Below are positions 31,223 through 41,643 of a stretch of 64,000 nt of DNA, one piece after another. Source of the DNA: Promethearchaeia archaeon (lineage in GTDB: Archaea; Asgardarchaeota; Lokiarchaeia; Sigyniarchaeales; SOKP01); contig JAHQWL010000098.1 in NCBI GenBank assembly GCA_029856155.1, positions 1 through 64,000 on the forward strand, in the 5' to 3' direction. Below the pieces are notes generated by a model that saw only the letters and a program-made list of their open reading frames with translations, was not told where the DNA came from and made no database searches. The position numbers and the translations under genes are program-made. The stretch's first letter is position 1. Every line of letters begins with the position of its first letter.

Positions 31223-31327
31223 TTATCTTGATTTGTCTGAGATTATCTAAATATTAATAAAACTTCATTTGGATTATTTCTTATTGCATATATTAAAATT
31301 TTTTTTATATATTAAATTGGTAAAATT

Positions 31328-32614
31328 ATGAATATTAACGTTTCTGAAGAAGATTCGAAATACATGTATGACTTTGTACAACAGGTTATTGACAAAATAG
31401 GACCAAGAATGTCATGTAGTTCACAAGAAGCAGAAGCTGCAGAATTTATCAAGAATGAGCTTGAAAACTCCTGTGATGAGGTCTCAGTGGAGAGATTTGT
31501 ATGTCATCCAAAAGCATTTTTAGGTTGGATTAAGCTGGACATGTTTATGATCGTAATTTCGATTCTCCTTTATTTTATGAGCCAAATATTTACAGAACAA
31601 TTTTGGTTATTGCTTATAGCATTGATATCTTTTCTTTTTGTATTATTACCGTTTTTAATTATGTGGGAAGAATTCTTCAATTACAGAGAGTTTATTGACC
31701 CATTGTTTCGTAAAAAATCCTCACAAAATGTTATTGGCAAATTTAAATCAGAAGGTGAGCTAAAGAGAATTATTATTTTTTCAAGCCATATGGATACCGC
31801 TGTTGAATTTAAATTGATGAAACTTTTGGGATGGAAATTTATACCTATAGCATTTGGAGTAATATTTCTCATGCTAATGTGGTTGGTCCTTTCATTTTTA
31901 AATTTAGCCTTTATATTGATTGGATTCGTTAGCTTGAAAGCAATTTTTCTGAACATTATGATTTGGGCTCTTATTATTGGAAGTCCTTTTATTATACTCC
32001 TCTACTTTTTCGTACCATTGGGAGATAAGGGGAATGTGGTACCAGGTGCGACAGATAATTTAAGTAGCTGTTCAGTTATTCAAGGATTGGGACGATATCT
32101 AAAAAGAAATAAAGAAATTATCCCATCTAAAACGGAGATAAGATTGATTAGCTTTGGGTGCGAAGAAGTTGGTTTGAGAGGAGCATATCGCTATGTAGAA
32201 GCTCATCATAATGAACTAAAAAAGTATAACGCTCTTGTCGTAAATATGGATGGACTTGAAAAGCCGGATCATATATTTATAATAGAATTCGAACCTACTA
32301 CTAGAACTTGGCACTCTGAGGAGGTAATTCAAAAATTATCAAGAGCAGCAGAAATTGTAAATATTGAAGCAAAACGAATAGGTTCGGGAAAATTAGAAAA
32401 AGTATTGGGACGCTTGACTGGGGGCTCTGATGCTGCGGCGTTCTCAAAAGCAGGTATTAAAGCCGGATTTATAAATGCGGCTGATTGGAAAAACCGTTCT
32501 AGTTACTACCACCAATCTGGAGATACTATTGACAAAATTGAAAAGGGAACTTTAGAAAGTATATTAAAAATATGTATAGCTTTTTTAACAAATGAATCAA
32601 AATCTCAAGATTAA
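31328..32614 (+). CDS. M28 family peptidase with inserted TM helices (copy 1)
   Basis: SHMD, GATDN, GCEE, NMD, GSDA, YYH. Confidence 0.85.
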   Translation: MNINVSEEDSKYMYDFVQQVIDKIGPRMSCSSQEAEAAEFIKNELENSCDEVSVERFVCHPKAFLGWIKLDMFMIVISILLYFMSQIFTEQFWLLLIALISFLFVLLPFLIMWEEFFNYREFIDPLFRKKSSQNVIGKFKSEGELKRIIIFSSHMDTAVEFKLMKLLGWKFIPIAFGVIFLMLMWLVLSFLNLAFILIGFVSLKAIFLNIMIWALIIGSPFIILLYFFVPLGDKGNVVPGATDNLSSCSVIQGLGRYLKRNKEIIPSKTEIRLISFGCEEVGLRGAYRYVEAHHNELKKYNALVVNMDGLEKPDHIFIIEFEPTTRTWHSEEVIQKLSRAAEIVNIEAKRIGSGKLEKVLGRLTGGSDAAAFSKAGIKAGFINAADWKNRSSYYHQSGDTIDKIEKGTLESILKICIAFLTNESKSQD

Positions 32615-32689
32615 GTTTTTATAATTTCATTTTATTTACATTTTAATCTACGATCAAATTATAATTAAAAGAAAAAGAAGGGATTTTTT

Positions 32690-33994
32690 TTGCAAATTGA
32701 AATCTCAAAAGAAGATTCGGAATATATGTATGATATCATCAAAAAAATAATTGATGAATGTGGTCCGCGAATGCCTTGTAGTCCACAAGAAGCGAAAGGT
32801 GCAGAACTTATAAAAAGTGAACTTGAAAAAACTTGTGATGAGGTAACTATTGAACCTTTTACCTGTCATCCCAGAGCTGCTTTAGGTTGGATAAAAATAG
32901 ACCTAATATTAGCTTTGCTATCATTCAGCTTATTTCTATTAATCAAATTATTTCTAGATTCATATTGGATATATTTTTTATCAATCTTATCAACTTTATT
33001 AATATCTTTAGCATTGTTAATCGCTTGGGAGGAATTTTTTAGTTATAAAGAGTTTATAGATCCAATATTTAAGAAAAAGGGGTCTCAAAATGTTATAGGT
33101 AAGATAAAACCTAAAGATGAAATTAAAAATATCATAATTTTTTCTGGACATCATGATAGTGCTTTACAATTTAATCTTCTAAGATATTTAAAGTATGGCT
33201 ATGAGGTAATTATATTTTTGGGTCTTGGAATTCTGTTTTTTTGGTTTTTCGCATCTCTATTTTTTATAATTCTTTCCATATTCACATTTTTATTAGATCT
33301 TACTTTGATATATCAATCTTTCTTTAATTTAGTAATTTGGTTATTAATAATTGGAGCTGTACCGCTCACAGGTTTATTTTTCTTTGTAACTCCCGGCAAA
33401 AGAGCAAATAAGGTTCCTGGTGCAGTTGATAACTTAAGTGCAGTTGCAATTATATTAGGTGTCGGAAGATATCTGAAAAGCCATAAAGAAATAATACCTA
33501 AAAACACTGAAATAAGAATAATATCATTTGGAAGTGAGGAAGCTTTTTTAAGGGGGGCTTTCCGCTATGTGGAAGCTCACTTAGAAGAATTACAAAAATT
33601 TGATGCAGAATGTGTCAATTTGGATGCAATTCAAAGTACCAATTATCTTACATTTTCAGATAAAGAACCAACAACTAGAACTATTCATAGCGAAGAAGTT
33701 GTTCAAAAACTAATCAATTCGGCTAAGTTAGTTGGAGTTAAAGCAAATATTGCTAGTTTAGGAGGAGGAGGTTTTCTTGAAAAAATAGCGGGCTTAATGG
33801 GTGGAGGTACTGATGCTGCTGCTTTTTCAAAATCAAAAATAAAAGCTAGTACTATTACAGGTTTGAGTTTAATAAAGATGGTCCATTTTTACCATCAAGA
33901 AACAGACACCCCAGATAAAATTGAAAAAGGAGTGTTAGAAAGTGCATTAAAAATATGCATAGGATATTTAGTAAATGAATCTAAAAATTATTAA
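32690..33994 (+). CDS. M28 family peptidase with inserted TM helices (copy 2, tandem paralog)
   Basis: GHHDS, GAVDN, GSEE, NLD, GTDA, FYH; colinear with copy 1. Confidence 0.85.
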   Translation: MQIEISKEDSEYMYDIIKKIIDECGPRMPCSPQEAKGAELIKSELEKTCDEVTIEPFTCHPRAALGWIKIDLILALLSFSLFLLIKLFLDSYWIYFLSILSTLLISLALLIAWEEFFSYKEFIDPIFKKKGSQNVIGKIKPKDEIKNIIIFSGHHDSALQFNLLRYLKYGYEVIIFLGLGILFFWFFASLFFIILSIFTFLLDLTLIYQSFFNLVIWLLIIGAVPLTGLFFFVTPGKRANKVPGAVDNLSAVAIILGVGRYLKSHKEIIPKNTEIRIISFGSEEAFLRGAFRYVEAHLEELQKFDAECVNLDAIQSTNYLTFSDKEPTTRTIHSEEVVQKLINSAKLVGVKANIASLGGGGFLEKIAGLMGGGTDAAAFSKSKIKASTITGLSLIKMVHFYHQETDTPDKIEKGVLESALKICIGYLVNESKNY

Positions 33995-34105
33995 GATGCA
34001 AAGTTTTTGCTTTTGTATATATTAGCAACTATAAAAAGAATTAGGAGAAGGAGCTTAATTTTCTACCTTTTCCCTTTTTATAAATAATTCAATTATAACA
34101 CTCTA

Positions 34106-36751
34106 TCAAAAATCATCAATTATACTCGGTGCATCAGTTTTCACGACAAATTTAACCAAAAGTGTGATGAGGATTGCAGGAATTAAGCCTAAAAAGCAAA
34201 TTAAAAATACACCTGTTAAAAAAATATCAGAAATGTAAGTATTAAGAAAAATTAGTCCTACAGAATCTATTAAATAATGTAAAATTATGCTGGGTAGAAG
34301 ACTTTTCGATTTGATATACATATATCCAAAAGCAAATCCTAATAATGTTGCATAAGTTACTTGATAAGATACGGAAATTAGAGCAGTAAGAGGATCAATT
34401 CCAATAAGAGTATAAGTAATGAGATTAAAAGTATGACCAAATCCAAATATTACACTGCTAATTATAAGAGATGTTCTTACATGATATTTTTTTAATAGCA
34501 TAGGAATTACTACTCCACGATAAACTGTTTCTTCCCAAATTCCAGGAATAAGCATATATATAAATAAAAACCATCCTAGTCCTGCTAATCCAATTATATA
34601 AGGATTAGGGTTTCCAAATAATATTGATGGGTCAAAAACATAATTTCCAAGAGTAGTAGCTCCTAAAAGTACCACCACACCAAATATTACAAATGAGCCA
34701 ACTCCTAGTAGTATATTTCTTAATAATGGTTTTGTTGCGCTTAAGCGAATTTTTTTAGTATAATCTTTAAAAGAATCACTCTTTTCAGGAAGTTTCATCC
34801 CTTTCGGGATTACATAAAACCCTAAAAGAGTTAAAAATCCAAATATGAAAAAGAAATCGACGAATAATAATGTTGTATAATCATTAATAGTTATAATACT
34901 CTTGAATGGAATTAAAACTAAAAATTTAGCAAACGTAGATAACCACAGGAAAACAACATATAAAACTGTTAGGACTATAGCTCCTATAACTGGCATATTT
35001 CTCAAAGAACCTCCAGTTTTATATTCAGCCGTTTTTTCTAATTTTGGAAACATCCTGTTGAGAATGAACACCATTAGTGCTAATCCAAAAAGACCAACTC
35101 CCCCCAGAACTAATAATCCAATAGTAATACCAAAACCATATATTAAAAAAAATCCAGTTATCAGAAATGCTATAAAAAGTCCAACATCGGATAATAGCAT
35201 TGCGATCCATTTTAATATCTTATTCTCTTTATTTAATTCTTCAATTACGTATTTATATTTCATTTGTCCGAAGAATTTGATTTTTAGTAGAAACATAAAT
35301 AACAGCAAAGTCCACGCAATCGGCAATGTAATTAGAAGTAGAATTATAACAATAACAGATTGTAGTATTAAGGTAAGGACTATTGAAGTTATAGCAAGTG
35401 ATATACTATGAATTGATAGCATTAACAAAATTTTTGCTTTTGCTTGATCTCGTGGAAGAATTGGTAATGAAGCTAATGTTGAGCTACCTGATTCTTCAAT
35501 ATTCAAGAATCCTACTATAAGCATTATTGGTATAAAAAGATATATTAGAAGTATAATTGACCATATGATCAATATTGCTTCAACTGTAATAGTTATCTCA
35601 TTAAATAATCCGGTCATAGTTAGAATCATTATTAATGGATAAAAAATAGGGAAGAATATAAACATAAAAGATTGGATATCTCGAGTAGAAGACACAAGAT
35701 CTTTACGAATATAAGCCTTAATTGGTGAAGTAGGATTTAATTCGAATTGAATCTCCCTTTTTTCTATTTTCTCGGTTTTGATTTCTGATGAAATTGCGCT
35801 ATGTAATGCTCGTTGCGCAACTTTAAAGAGTGCCCATGTTAATACAATACTATACGCAAACCCTGTTAGAGTAGTAAGAATTAAAATAGGATGTACTTGA
35901 AATTGAAGAGTATTTAATGATACTAAAAATCCAGGGGCAAAAAAGAAGGGAATGAGGCTTAAAATAATTATCAAAATGAAAGAAGGGTCGTTACTGGTGA
36001 AAATTTTAAAAAAGCTTTCAACAGCACTTATTCCCCAAGTGAATATAAAACTAGCACCAAACATGATAACAAAATACCCTAGCATCGTCACTATTCTAAT
36101 TATATTCGCATTCTTTGATTTTGCTTTTGACTCTGAAAAAAGAAAACTCATTTTCTCTCCAAGTAACACCAAAATACTAAAGCTGAAAATCATGTTCACA
36201 ATTGAAGTTCCAAGACAAATTAAAAACATTATAAAGTCTTGGGTTATGATAAGCATAATTGTTGGAAATGCTAAGATTAAAATTATTAATGGAATATCTA
36301 AACTGCGAAATAAAGTCATCACACCTAACTTTTTCAAATTCTTTTTAGAAAAAGGTAGCGTCTGCAACCACTTGAAAGCATTACCTGACATAAAAGATCC
36401 AGTTGAAATCATTCCAAACATAAGTGTATACATGAGAGTCATCCCAAAAAAAATCGTAAAGAGAAGCGAAGATACAAAAAGAATTGTATTTATAGTATAG
36501 AGAGCTAAATTACCCCTAATTTGGAAATATGTAACTAATGGTAATAAAGGTAAAAGTAAAAAAAGAATTGAAAAAACAATTTTCAGTGACAAAGCCTGGG
36601 TTTTAATATAATTTTTATTCTTTTTTAGTTTTTCAACAAATTTTGCTTGATGTGCTCCAGCACTAGCCATCTGACTCTCCAAGAAAATCTCATAAATAGG
36701 GTATTTCGCTAAAGAATAGAAAGATTTTTGTTTTTTTTCTTCCATCTTCAT
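34106..36751 (-). CDS. ABC-2-type permease fused to C-terminal CPBP protease domain
   Basis: Many TM helices, downstream of an ABC ATPase; C-terminal WEETVYRG, FGFGH, ILHYLID. Confidence 0.75.
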   Translation of the reverse strand: MKMEEKKQKSFYSLAKYPIYEIFLESQMASAGAHQAKFVEKLKKNKNYIKTQALSLKIVFSILFLLLPLLPLVTYFQIRGNLALYTINTILFVSSLLFTIFFGMTLMYTLMFGMISTGSFMSGNAFKWLQTLPFSKKNLKKLGVMTLFRSLDIPLIILILAFPTIMLIITQDFIMFLICLGTSIVNMIFSFSILVLLGEKMSFLFSESKAKSKNANIIRIVTMLGYFVIMFGASFIFTWGISAVESFFKIFTSNDPSFILIIILSLIPFFFAPGFLVSLNTLQFQVHPILILTTLTGFAYSIVLTWALFKVAQRALHSAISSEIKTEKIEKREIQFELNPTSPIKAYIRKDLVSSTRDIQSFMFIFFPIFYPLIMILTMTGLFNEITITVEAILIIWSIILLIYLFIPIMLIVGFLNIEESGSSTLASLPILPRDQAKAKILLMLSIHSISLAITSIVLTLILQSVIVIILLLITLPIAWTLLLFMFLLKIKFFGQMKYKYVIEELNKENKILKWIAMLLSDVGLFIAFLITGFFLIYGFGITIGLLVLGGVGLFGLALMVFILNRMFPKLEKTAEYKTGGSLRNMPVIGAIVLTVLYVVFLWLSTFAKFLVLIPFKSIITINDYTTLLFVDFFFIFGFLTLLGFYVIPKGMKLPEKSDSFKDYTKKIRLSATKPLLRNILLGVGSFVIFGVVVLLGATTLGNYVFDPSILFGNPNPYIIGLAGLGWFLFIYMLIPGIWEETVYRGVVIPMLLKKYHVRTSLIISSVIFGFGHTFNLITYTLIGIDPLTALISVSYQVTYATLLGFAFGYMYIKSKSLLPSIILHYLIDSVGLIFLNTYISDIFLTGVFLICFLGLIPAILITLLVKFVVKTDAPSIIDDF

Positions 36752-36759
36752 CAGTACCG

Positions 36760-37560
36760 TTAATTTTTCATTTTAAAAGATGCTCTTAATTTTTTTATAA
36801 TCTCATTAACTGAAGTGTCTTGTTCAGTTAATCGTAAGAATACATCCTCTAAACTTGCCCCTAATTTGTTAGCTTGCTGACGGAGTTGTTCCAAGGTTCC
36901 AATTCCCACTATTTTTCCTTTATGTATGATACCTATTCGGTCACATAAATCTTGAGCAATCTCCATTATATGTGTTGAAAAAAGAACTGAACCACCACTC
37001 TCTGTATGGAGATCTAATATAGATTTAAAAACCCTTACAGATTTCGCATCAAGACCCGCAATTGGTTCGTCCAAAATAAGTAAATCGGGTTCATGGAGTA
37101 TTGCGGCAATTATTTGTAGTTTTTGTTTATTACCGTGGGATAATGTAGCAATCAATTGTTCATAATAGTCAATTGCTTCCAGGCTCTCCATGTATTCTCT
37201 TGCAAGTTCTGTAGTCTTTGATTCATCCAATCTACGGACAGATGCTATAAAATTAAATAAATCTTTTGGCGTTAATGATTTAAAAATTAATGGTTCCTCA
37301 CTAACATACCCTATACGACGTTTAATTTCAACTTCATCACGTTCTGGGTTCATTCCAAAAACACTCATTTCACCTTCATTCGGTTCAAGGAGTCCTAATA
37401 GAAGCTTTATCGTAGTGGTTTTTCCTGCTCCGTTAGGACCTAAAAGGCCAAAAACCTCACCCTTTTGAACATTAAAAGAAATACCATCAACCGCTTTAAC
37501 TTCTCCAAAATATTTCTTTAAATCTTTAACAACAATTATTTCATGATTAGACATTTTCAT
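36760..37560 (-). CDS. ABC transporter ATP-binding protein
   Basis: GPNGAGKT, LSHGNKQK, LILDEP, STH. Confidence 0.93.
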   Translation of the reverse strand: MKMSNHEIIVVKDLKKYFGEVKAVDGISFNVQKGEVFGLLGPNGAGKTTTIKLLLGLLEPNEGEMSVFGMNPERDEVEIKRRIGYVSEEPLIFKSLTPKDLFNFIASVRRLDESKTTELAREYMESLEAIDYYEQLIATLSHGNKQKLQIIAAILHEPDLLILDEPIAGLDAKSVRVFKSILDLHTESGGSVLFSTHIMEIAQDLCDRIGIIHKGKIVGIGTLEQLRQQANKLGASLEDVFLRLTEQDTSVNEIIKKLRASFKMKN

Positions 37561-37948
37561 TCATTTAAATTGATTCTTTAAAATAAATTTTTTTAAAAAA
37601 GACTATATATTTCCTTATATATTTACATATAATATTATATTTAAATATTGATAATAAGCATATAATTAGTGCTTTCGATGAAATGAACTTATTTTTATAA
37701 TATATATAGATATATATATCAATATCACATTTAATGTAATATTATCGCTTAAAATAATTTTTTACATCTGTTTTATTACGTGGAGGATTTCCTATTAAGA
37801 TAAATTTTAATGTCCTTCACTTAAACGAATTGGCCAAAATACTATTGAAATTTTCGAAATTTTTCTATTTTCTTTTAATTTTTCTATTATTAATAGCTAA
37901 ACACTCAATTAACGCCATTGCCAATAAACATTAAAATAATTTCTATGA

Positions 37949-39493
37949 TTAACGGAAGATCGGTGGTAGAAGCTGTAGATAGTCCTTATCCATTATTGCA
38001 CTGGCACAAATAAACCCAGAATGGGTAGCAGCTTCAATTCCTCCTTCATTAGTGCGTGTCCCATAAGTATCTCCGGCAAAATATAGTCCCTTGATAGTTG
38101 GACATTTTATATCCACCCACTCGTCCTCTGGGTGCCTCCACAATATACAAGTATCTCCAACGGTGAATAACATAAATTCCAGAGCCTCTCTCCAGCCTGA
38201 GAATGCAGTATCCAAAAATTTCAACATTCTATCTATCACAATATTCACTTTTTTCTTATCATGTGCCTCACTATCTAAAATACTGCTAGCCATTCCCGCC
38301 AGATACTTCCCTTCAGGAGCGGTTGTAGGTGCAATATTAGACATACTTACTATATCAAGAGGAACATTACCTCTGAACAATCCTTCCTTCTCTGGGATCA
38401 ACATGGAAGTATGGTAAAAAGTCCTAGGGTCAACCTCGAGTTCACAAAAAGTATTCAACGGTTTAGATAAACCTATTTGCGCAGCAACCATGGCGGTATG
38501 AATTACTTTTTTAGTTAATTTGACAAAATCTGTAGGTAATAAATCCTCAGGTAAGAGTTTTAGCAATACTCGTGGCGGAGTAGTACAAACAATCAATGGA
38601 GCCTTTATTTCTACTATTTTACCATCAATCTTAGCTATAACGCCGATAGCTCTTCCATTTTGGACGATAATTTCATTGACTTGAGCATTAGTAACAATAT
38701 CACCTTGAGCATCTCTGACGACACTTGCAAAACCCTCAACAATAAAACGATGCCCTGGTGCCCCCGCAAACGCCCAAGAACCGTCTGTTATATGTACTCC
38801 CATTTTTTGAACCTGTAAAAATACCTTTAAATTCTCTCCAGCGGAGTTCAGAGCTGGATCGTTGATGATCGTCTGGAAGGTCCCCATAGCATAATGGAAT
38901 TCTTGTGCGAGTTCATTTTTAGTTATACCGTTTATGTAATCTTTCAATGTTACGTGGTCCAATTTCTCAGCTTCAGCTATTGAGTGAACTTGGAGCTTTC
39001 TTTTATGGATATTCACCATCTCAGCGTAATCTTCATCGCTCATCCAACCATACTTGGATCTTCTGTCTATTATATGAGGTTTCCAATCATGATCATACCA
39101 TACGAAACCTACATTAGGATAGAAAATCGAAGCTTTGTTAAATAGGGCTAAGGCGTGGCTAACCCGTCCTCGATTAGTATACCAAGCACCCCTACCCCCC
39201 GATTCAAACACATAACCATTAAGCATCTTGTTCTTTATGAGTGTGTGGAGATCAGGTTCTGTCCTATCGACAACCCAAGAGTGAGCGGATTGCATTAAGG
39301 TTTTACGAAATTTATCTGCATCCTTAATACTTTCCCCTCGGAAAGATGTAGCACGTCCCCCTATCTGTGAAGATCCCTCAAGGATGAGAACCTTCTTGTG
39401 TTCCATATTGGATAAAATTGCACCAACAACTGATCCGGCTATACCACATCCTATGATTATGACATCATAATCATTCGAAATTTTTTTAGACAT
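37949..39493 (-). CDS. NAD(P)/FAD-dependent oxidoreductase, phytoene dehydrogenase-like
   Basis: YDVIIIGCGIAG, IGGRA, GLYFAGD; start ATG 39493 after SD AGAGGAG. Confidence 0.8.
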   Translation of the reverse strand: MSKKISNDYDVIIIGCGIAGSVVGAILSNMEHKKVLILEGSSQIGGRATSFRGESIKDADKFRKTLMQSAHSWVVDRTEPDLHTLIKNKMLNGYVFESGGRGAWYTNRGRVSHALALFNKASIFYPNVGFVWYDHDWKPHIIDRRSKYGWMSDEDYAEMVNIHKRKLQVHSIAEAEKLDHVTLKDYINGITKNELAQEFHYAMGTFQTIINDPALNSAGENLKVFLQVQKMGVHITDGSWAFAGAPGHRFIVEGFASVVRDAQGDIVTNAQVNEIIVQNGRAIGVIAKIDGKIVEIKAPLIVCTTPPRVLLKLLPEDLLPTDFVKLTKKVIHTAMVAAQIGLSKPLNTFCELEVDPRTFYHTSMLIPEKEGLFRGNVPLDIVSMSNIAPTTAPEGKYLAGMASSILDSEAHDKKKVNIVIDRMLKFLDTAFSGWREALEFMLFTVGDTCILWRHPEDEWVDIKCPTIKGLYFAGDTYGTRTNEGGIEAATHSGFICASAIMDKDYLQLLPPIFR

Positions 39494-39623
39494 TTTATCT
39501 CCTCTTTTTTTATAATTATTATTACTTACTGCCAAATAAATACTTATCTTTGCATAGTACATTCGAACTCCAAGAATTTGAGCATTATTTTAAGAAATTA
39601 ACAAACTATATTAATGAGTTTTT

Positions 39624-40577
39624 TTAATTTCTTTTCTGATTAACAATAATTATAATTGAGATTATTATAAGAATTGTACCGAGTAAATGTGCCAATGTGA
39701 AGTTTTCTCCAAGAAGAATTGTTGCAAATATAGCTGAAGATATTGGAGTTGGTGCAAAAATTGTAGTTGCTTTTGATATGTCTAAATATGATAGTGTTTT
39801 ATACCAACATATTAATCCTGCCCCGTAAACAGCCCCCATCAAAAAAAAGAATGATAAATTATCCGGATCAAAAAAAATTTTAAAATCTGGAGTAAAAATA
39901 ATTAGATATGTTAAAATTAGAATTACACCAGAAATAATATTTCTTATAAAAACCATTTGTATTGGTGTTGCTTCTTCCCTATTAAATAAAGGTTTTGTTA
40001 ATGTATGACCAAAAATCCACATGAACGAAATTAAAAGGATAATTCCTACTCCAATTAAAATTTCATGATTGATTTCGACTAAAGTAAAGAATTGAGTAAT
40101 ACCAATCGCTAATCCAAGAAACAATAAAACGGAAAATATAATCTGTAGTTTTGTAATTTTTTCTTTTAAGATAATATAACCTAAAATTAAAGAAAAAAAG
40201 ACTGTGGTTTTCTGCGTTAAGGATCCATTTATTGCTCCTGCTAAATCATATCCAACAAAAAACAATACTTGATTTACAGCAAAGAGCAAACCAATACCCA
40301 TTAATAAAAAAAAATTCTTTTTCCAACCTTTAAAAAGATGGGCACTAATAGCCTTTTTCCCTAGATTATTTACATTTTCGTGCTTTGAATGCGTTACTTT
40401 TATTTCAATTAACATAATGGGAAAGAAAATTAGAGTTTCGACCAAACAAGTCATTGCTCCTGAGAGATATGCATCAACAGCAGCTGGTCTTAAAAGAGCT
40501 ACTATCGGTTGTAATCCTACAAAAATGATTCCTACAAAACCAGTTATTAATCCTTTTTTAATATTCTTATCCGTCAA
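39624..40577 (-). CDS. DMT/EamA family transporter
   Basis: ~10 TM segments; ILKEKI and LLGENF repeats. Confidence 0.85.
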   Translation of the reverse strand: MTDKNIKKGLITGFVGIIFVGLQPIVALLRPAAVDAYLSGAMTCLVETLIFFPIMLIEIKVTHSKHENVNNLGKKAISAHLFKGWKKNFFLLMGIGLLFAVNQVLFFVGYDLAGAINGSLTQKTTVFFSLILGYIILKEKITKLQIIFSVLLFLGLAIGITQFFTLVEINHEILIGVGIILLISFMWIFGHTLTKPLFNREEATPIQMVFIRNIISGVILILTYLIIFTPDFKIFFDPDNLSFFFLMGAVYGAGLICWYKTLSYLDISKATTIFAPTPISSAIFATILLGENFTLAHLLGTILIIISIIIIVNQKRN

Positions 40578-40814
40578 AATATTGATTTAACCAATTAATA
40601 ATTTATTTATTGCAAGTTTAACATACAATTAGTATTTTTTCTTATGTTTATTTCGAAATCGTTTTAATTTTCTTAAAATGGGATAATTTAAATGTAAAAA
40701 TCAGGCTTTAGATGTTTTTTATTATTCAATATAGTTCTAATTTTATTAAGTAAAATTTAATTGATTAGGAAAATTAAAAAAAAGAACTTTTTAAATAAGT
40801 GGATGTGAATAATC

Positions 40815-41630
40815 ATTACTAGTAATTTTGCGATACAAACCAAAAACCTTACGAAAAAATTCGGTAATATCGTAGCTGTAAATAATCTGAATTTAAAAAT
40901 TCCTTATGGCAAAACATATGGTCTTTTAGGTCCTAATGGAGCTGGTAAGACTACTACAGTTAGAATGTTAAACGCTATAATTTCCCCTACCGAAGGAACT
41001 GCGCAAGTTGTAGGATATGATATTATAACTCAAAGCAAACAAGTTAAGATAAACTGTGGTTTTTTACCAGAATCACCAGGACTATATCAAAAGTTAACAG
41101 CGAAAGAATTCCTGGAATTTGTAGGTGAGTTATATTATCTCCCAAAAGAAATTATCTCTACCCGTATTGAAGATTTATTGGGTATCTTTGATTTGGAAGG
41201 GCGTGAGAATGATCTTTTAGAAGGATACTCAAGAGGTATGAAGCAAAAAGTATGTCTATGTGCCGCGTTAATACAAGATCCCAAAATAATTTTTTTAGAT
41301 GAACCAACTTCTAATCTAGATCCAGCAGCAGCTAGAATGGTAAAAGATTTAATCTCCGATCTCGCTAAGAAAGCTGATAAAACTATATTCATTTGCACTC
41401 ATCTCCTTGATGCCGCAGAAGAATTATGTGATTTAATTGGAATTATTGACAAAGGGGAATTAAAAGTTGAGGGAAGCCCAAAAGAAATTATTGACTCCGT
41501 AGGTGCAAAAGATTTAGAAGATGCCTATTTGAAAATAATGGGTGTTTCTAAAATTGAAGATTTATTAGCTTGGAGAGAAGAAGTACCGGCTAATATCGAG
41601 AAAGATAAGAAAAAGAAAAAGAAAAAATAA
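40815..41630 (+). CDS. ABC transporter ATP-binding protein (probable non-AUG start at 40809-40815)
   Basis: Frame open from 40809 and includes IQTKNLTKKFG..GLLGPNGAGKTT (Walker A) upstream of the ORF-track ATG 40965; YSRGMKQK, FLDEP, CTH. Confidence 0.9.
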   Translation: MTSNFAIQTKNLTKKFGNIVAVNNLNLKIPYGKTYGLLGPNGAGKTTTVRMLNAIISPTEGTAQVVGYDIITQSKQVKINCGFLPESPGLYQKLTAKEFLEFVGELYYLPKEIISTRIEDLLGIFDLEGRENDLLEGYSRGMKQKVCLCAALIQDPKIIFLDEPTSNLDPAAARMVKDLISDLAKKADKTIFICTHLLDAAEELCDLIGIIDKGELKVEGSPKEIIDSVGAKDLEDAYLKIMGVSKIEDLLAWREEVPANIEKDKKKKKKK

Positions 41631-41643
41631 TAACTGGATAAGA

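Noticed and set aside
37698-37720. AT dinucleotide palindrome (GATATATATATC)
   Set aside because: Low-complexity sequence expected in AT-rich intergenic DNA.
37780-37820. Imperfect hairpin GTGGAGGA...TCCTTCAC in intergenic DNA
   Set aside because: Single modest stem with no recognisable motif; not enough support for an ncRNA call.
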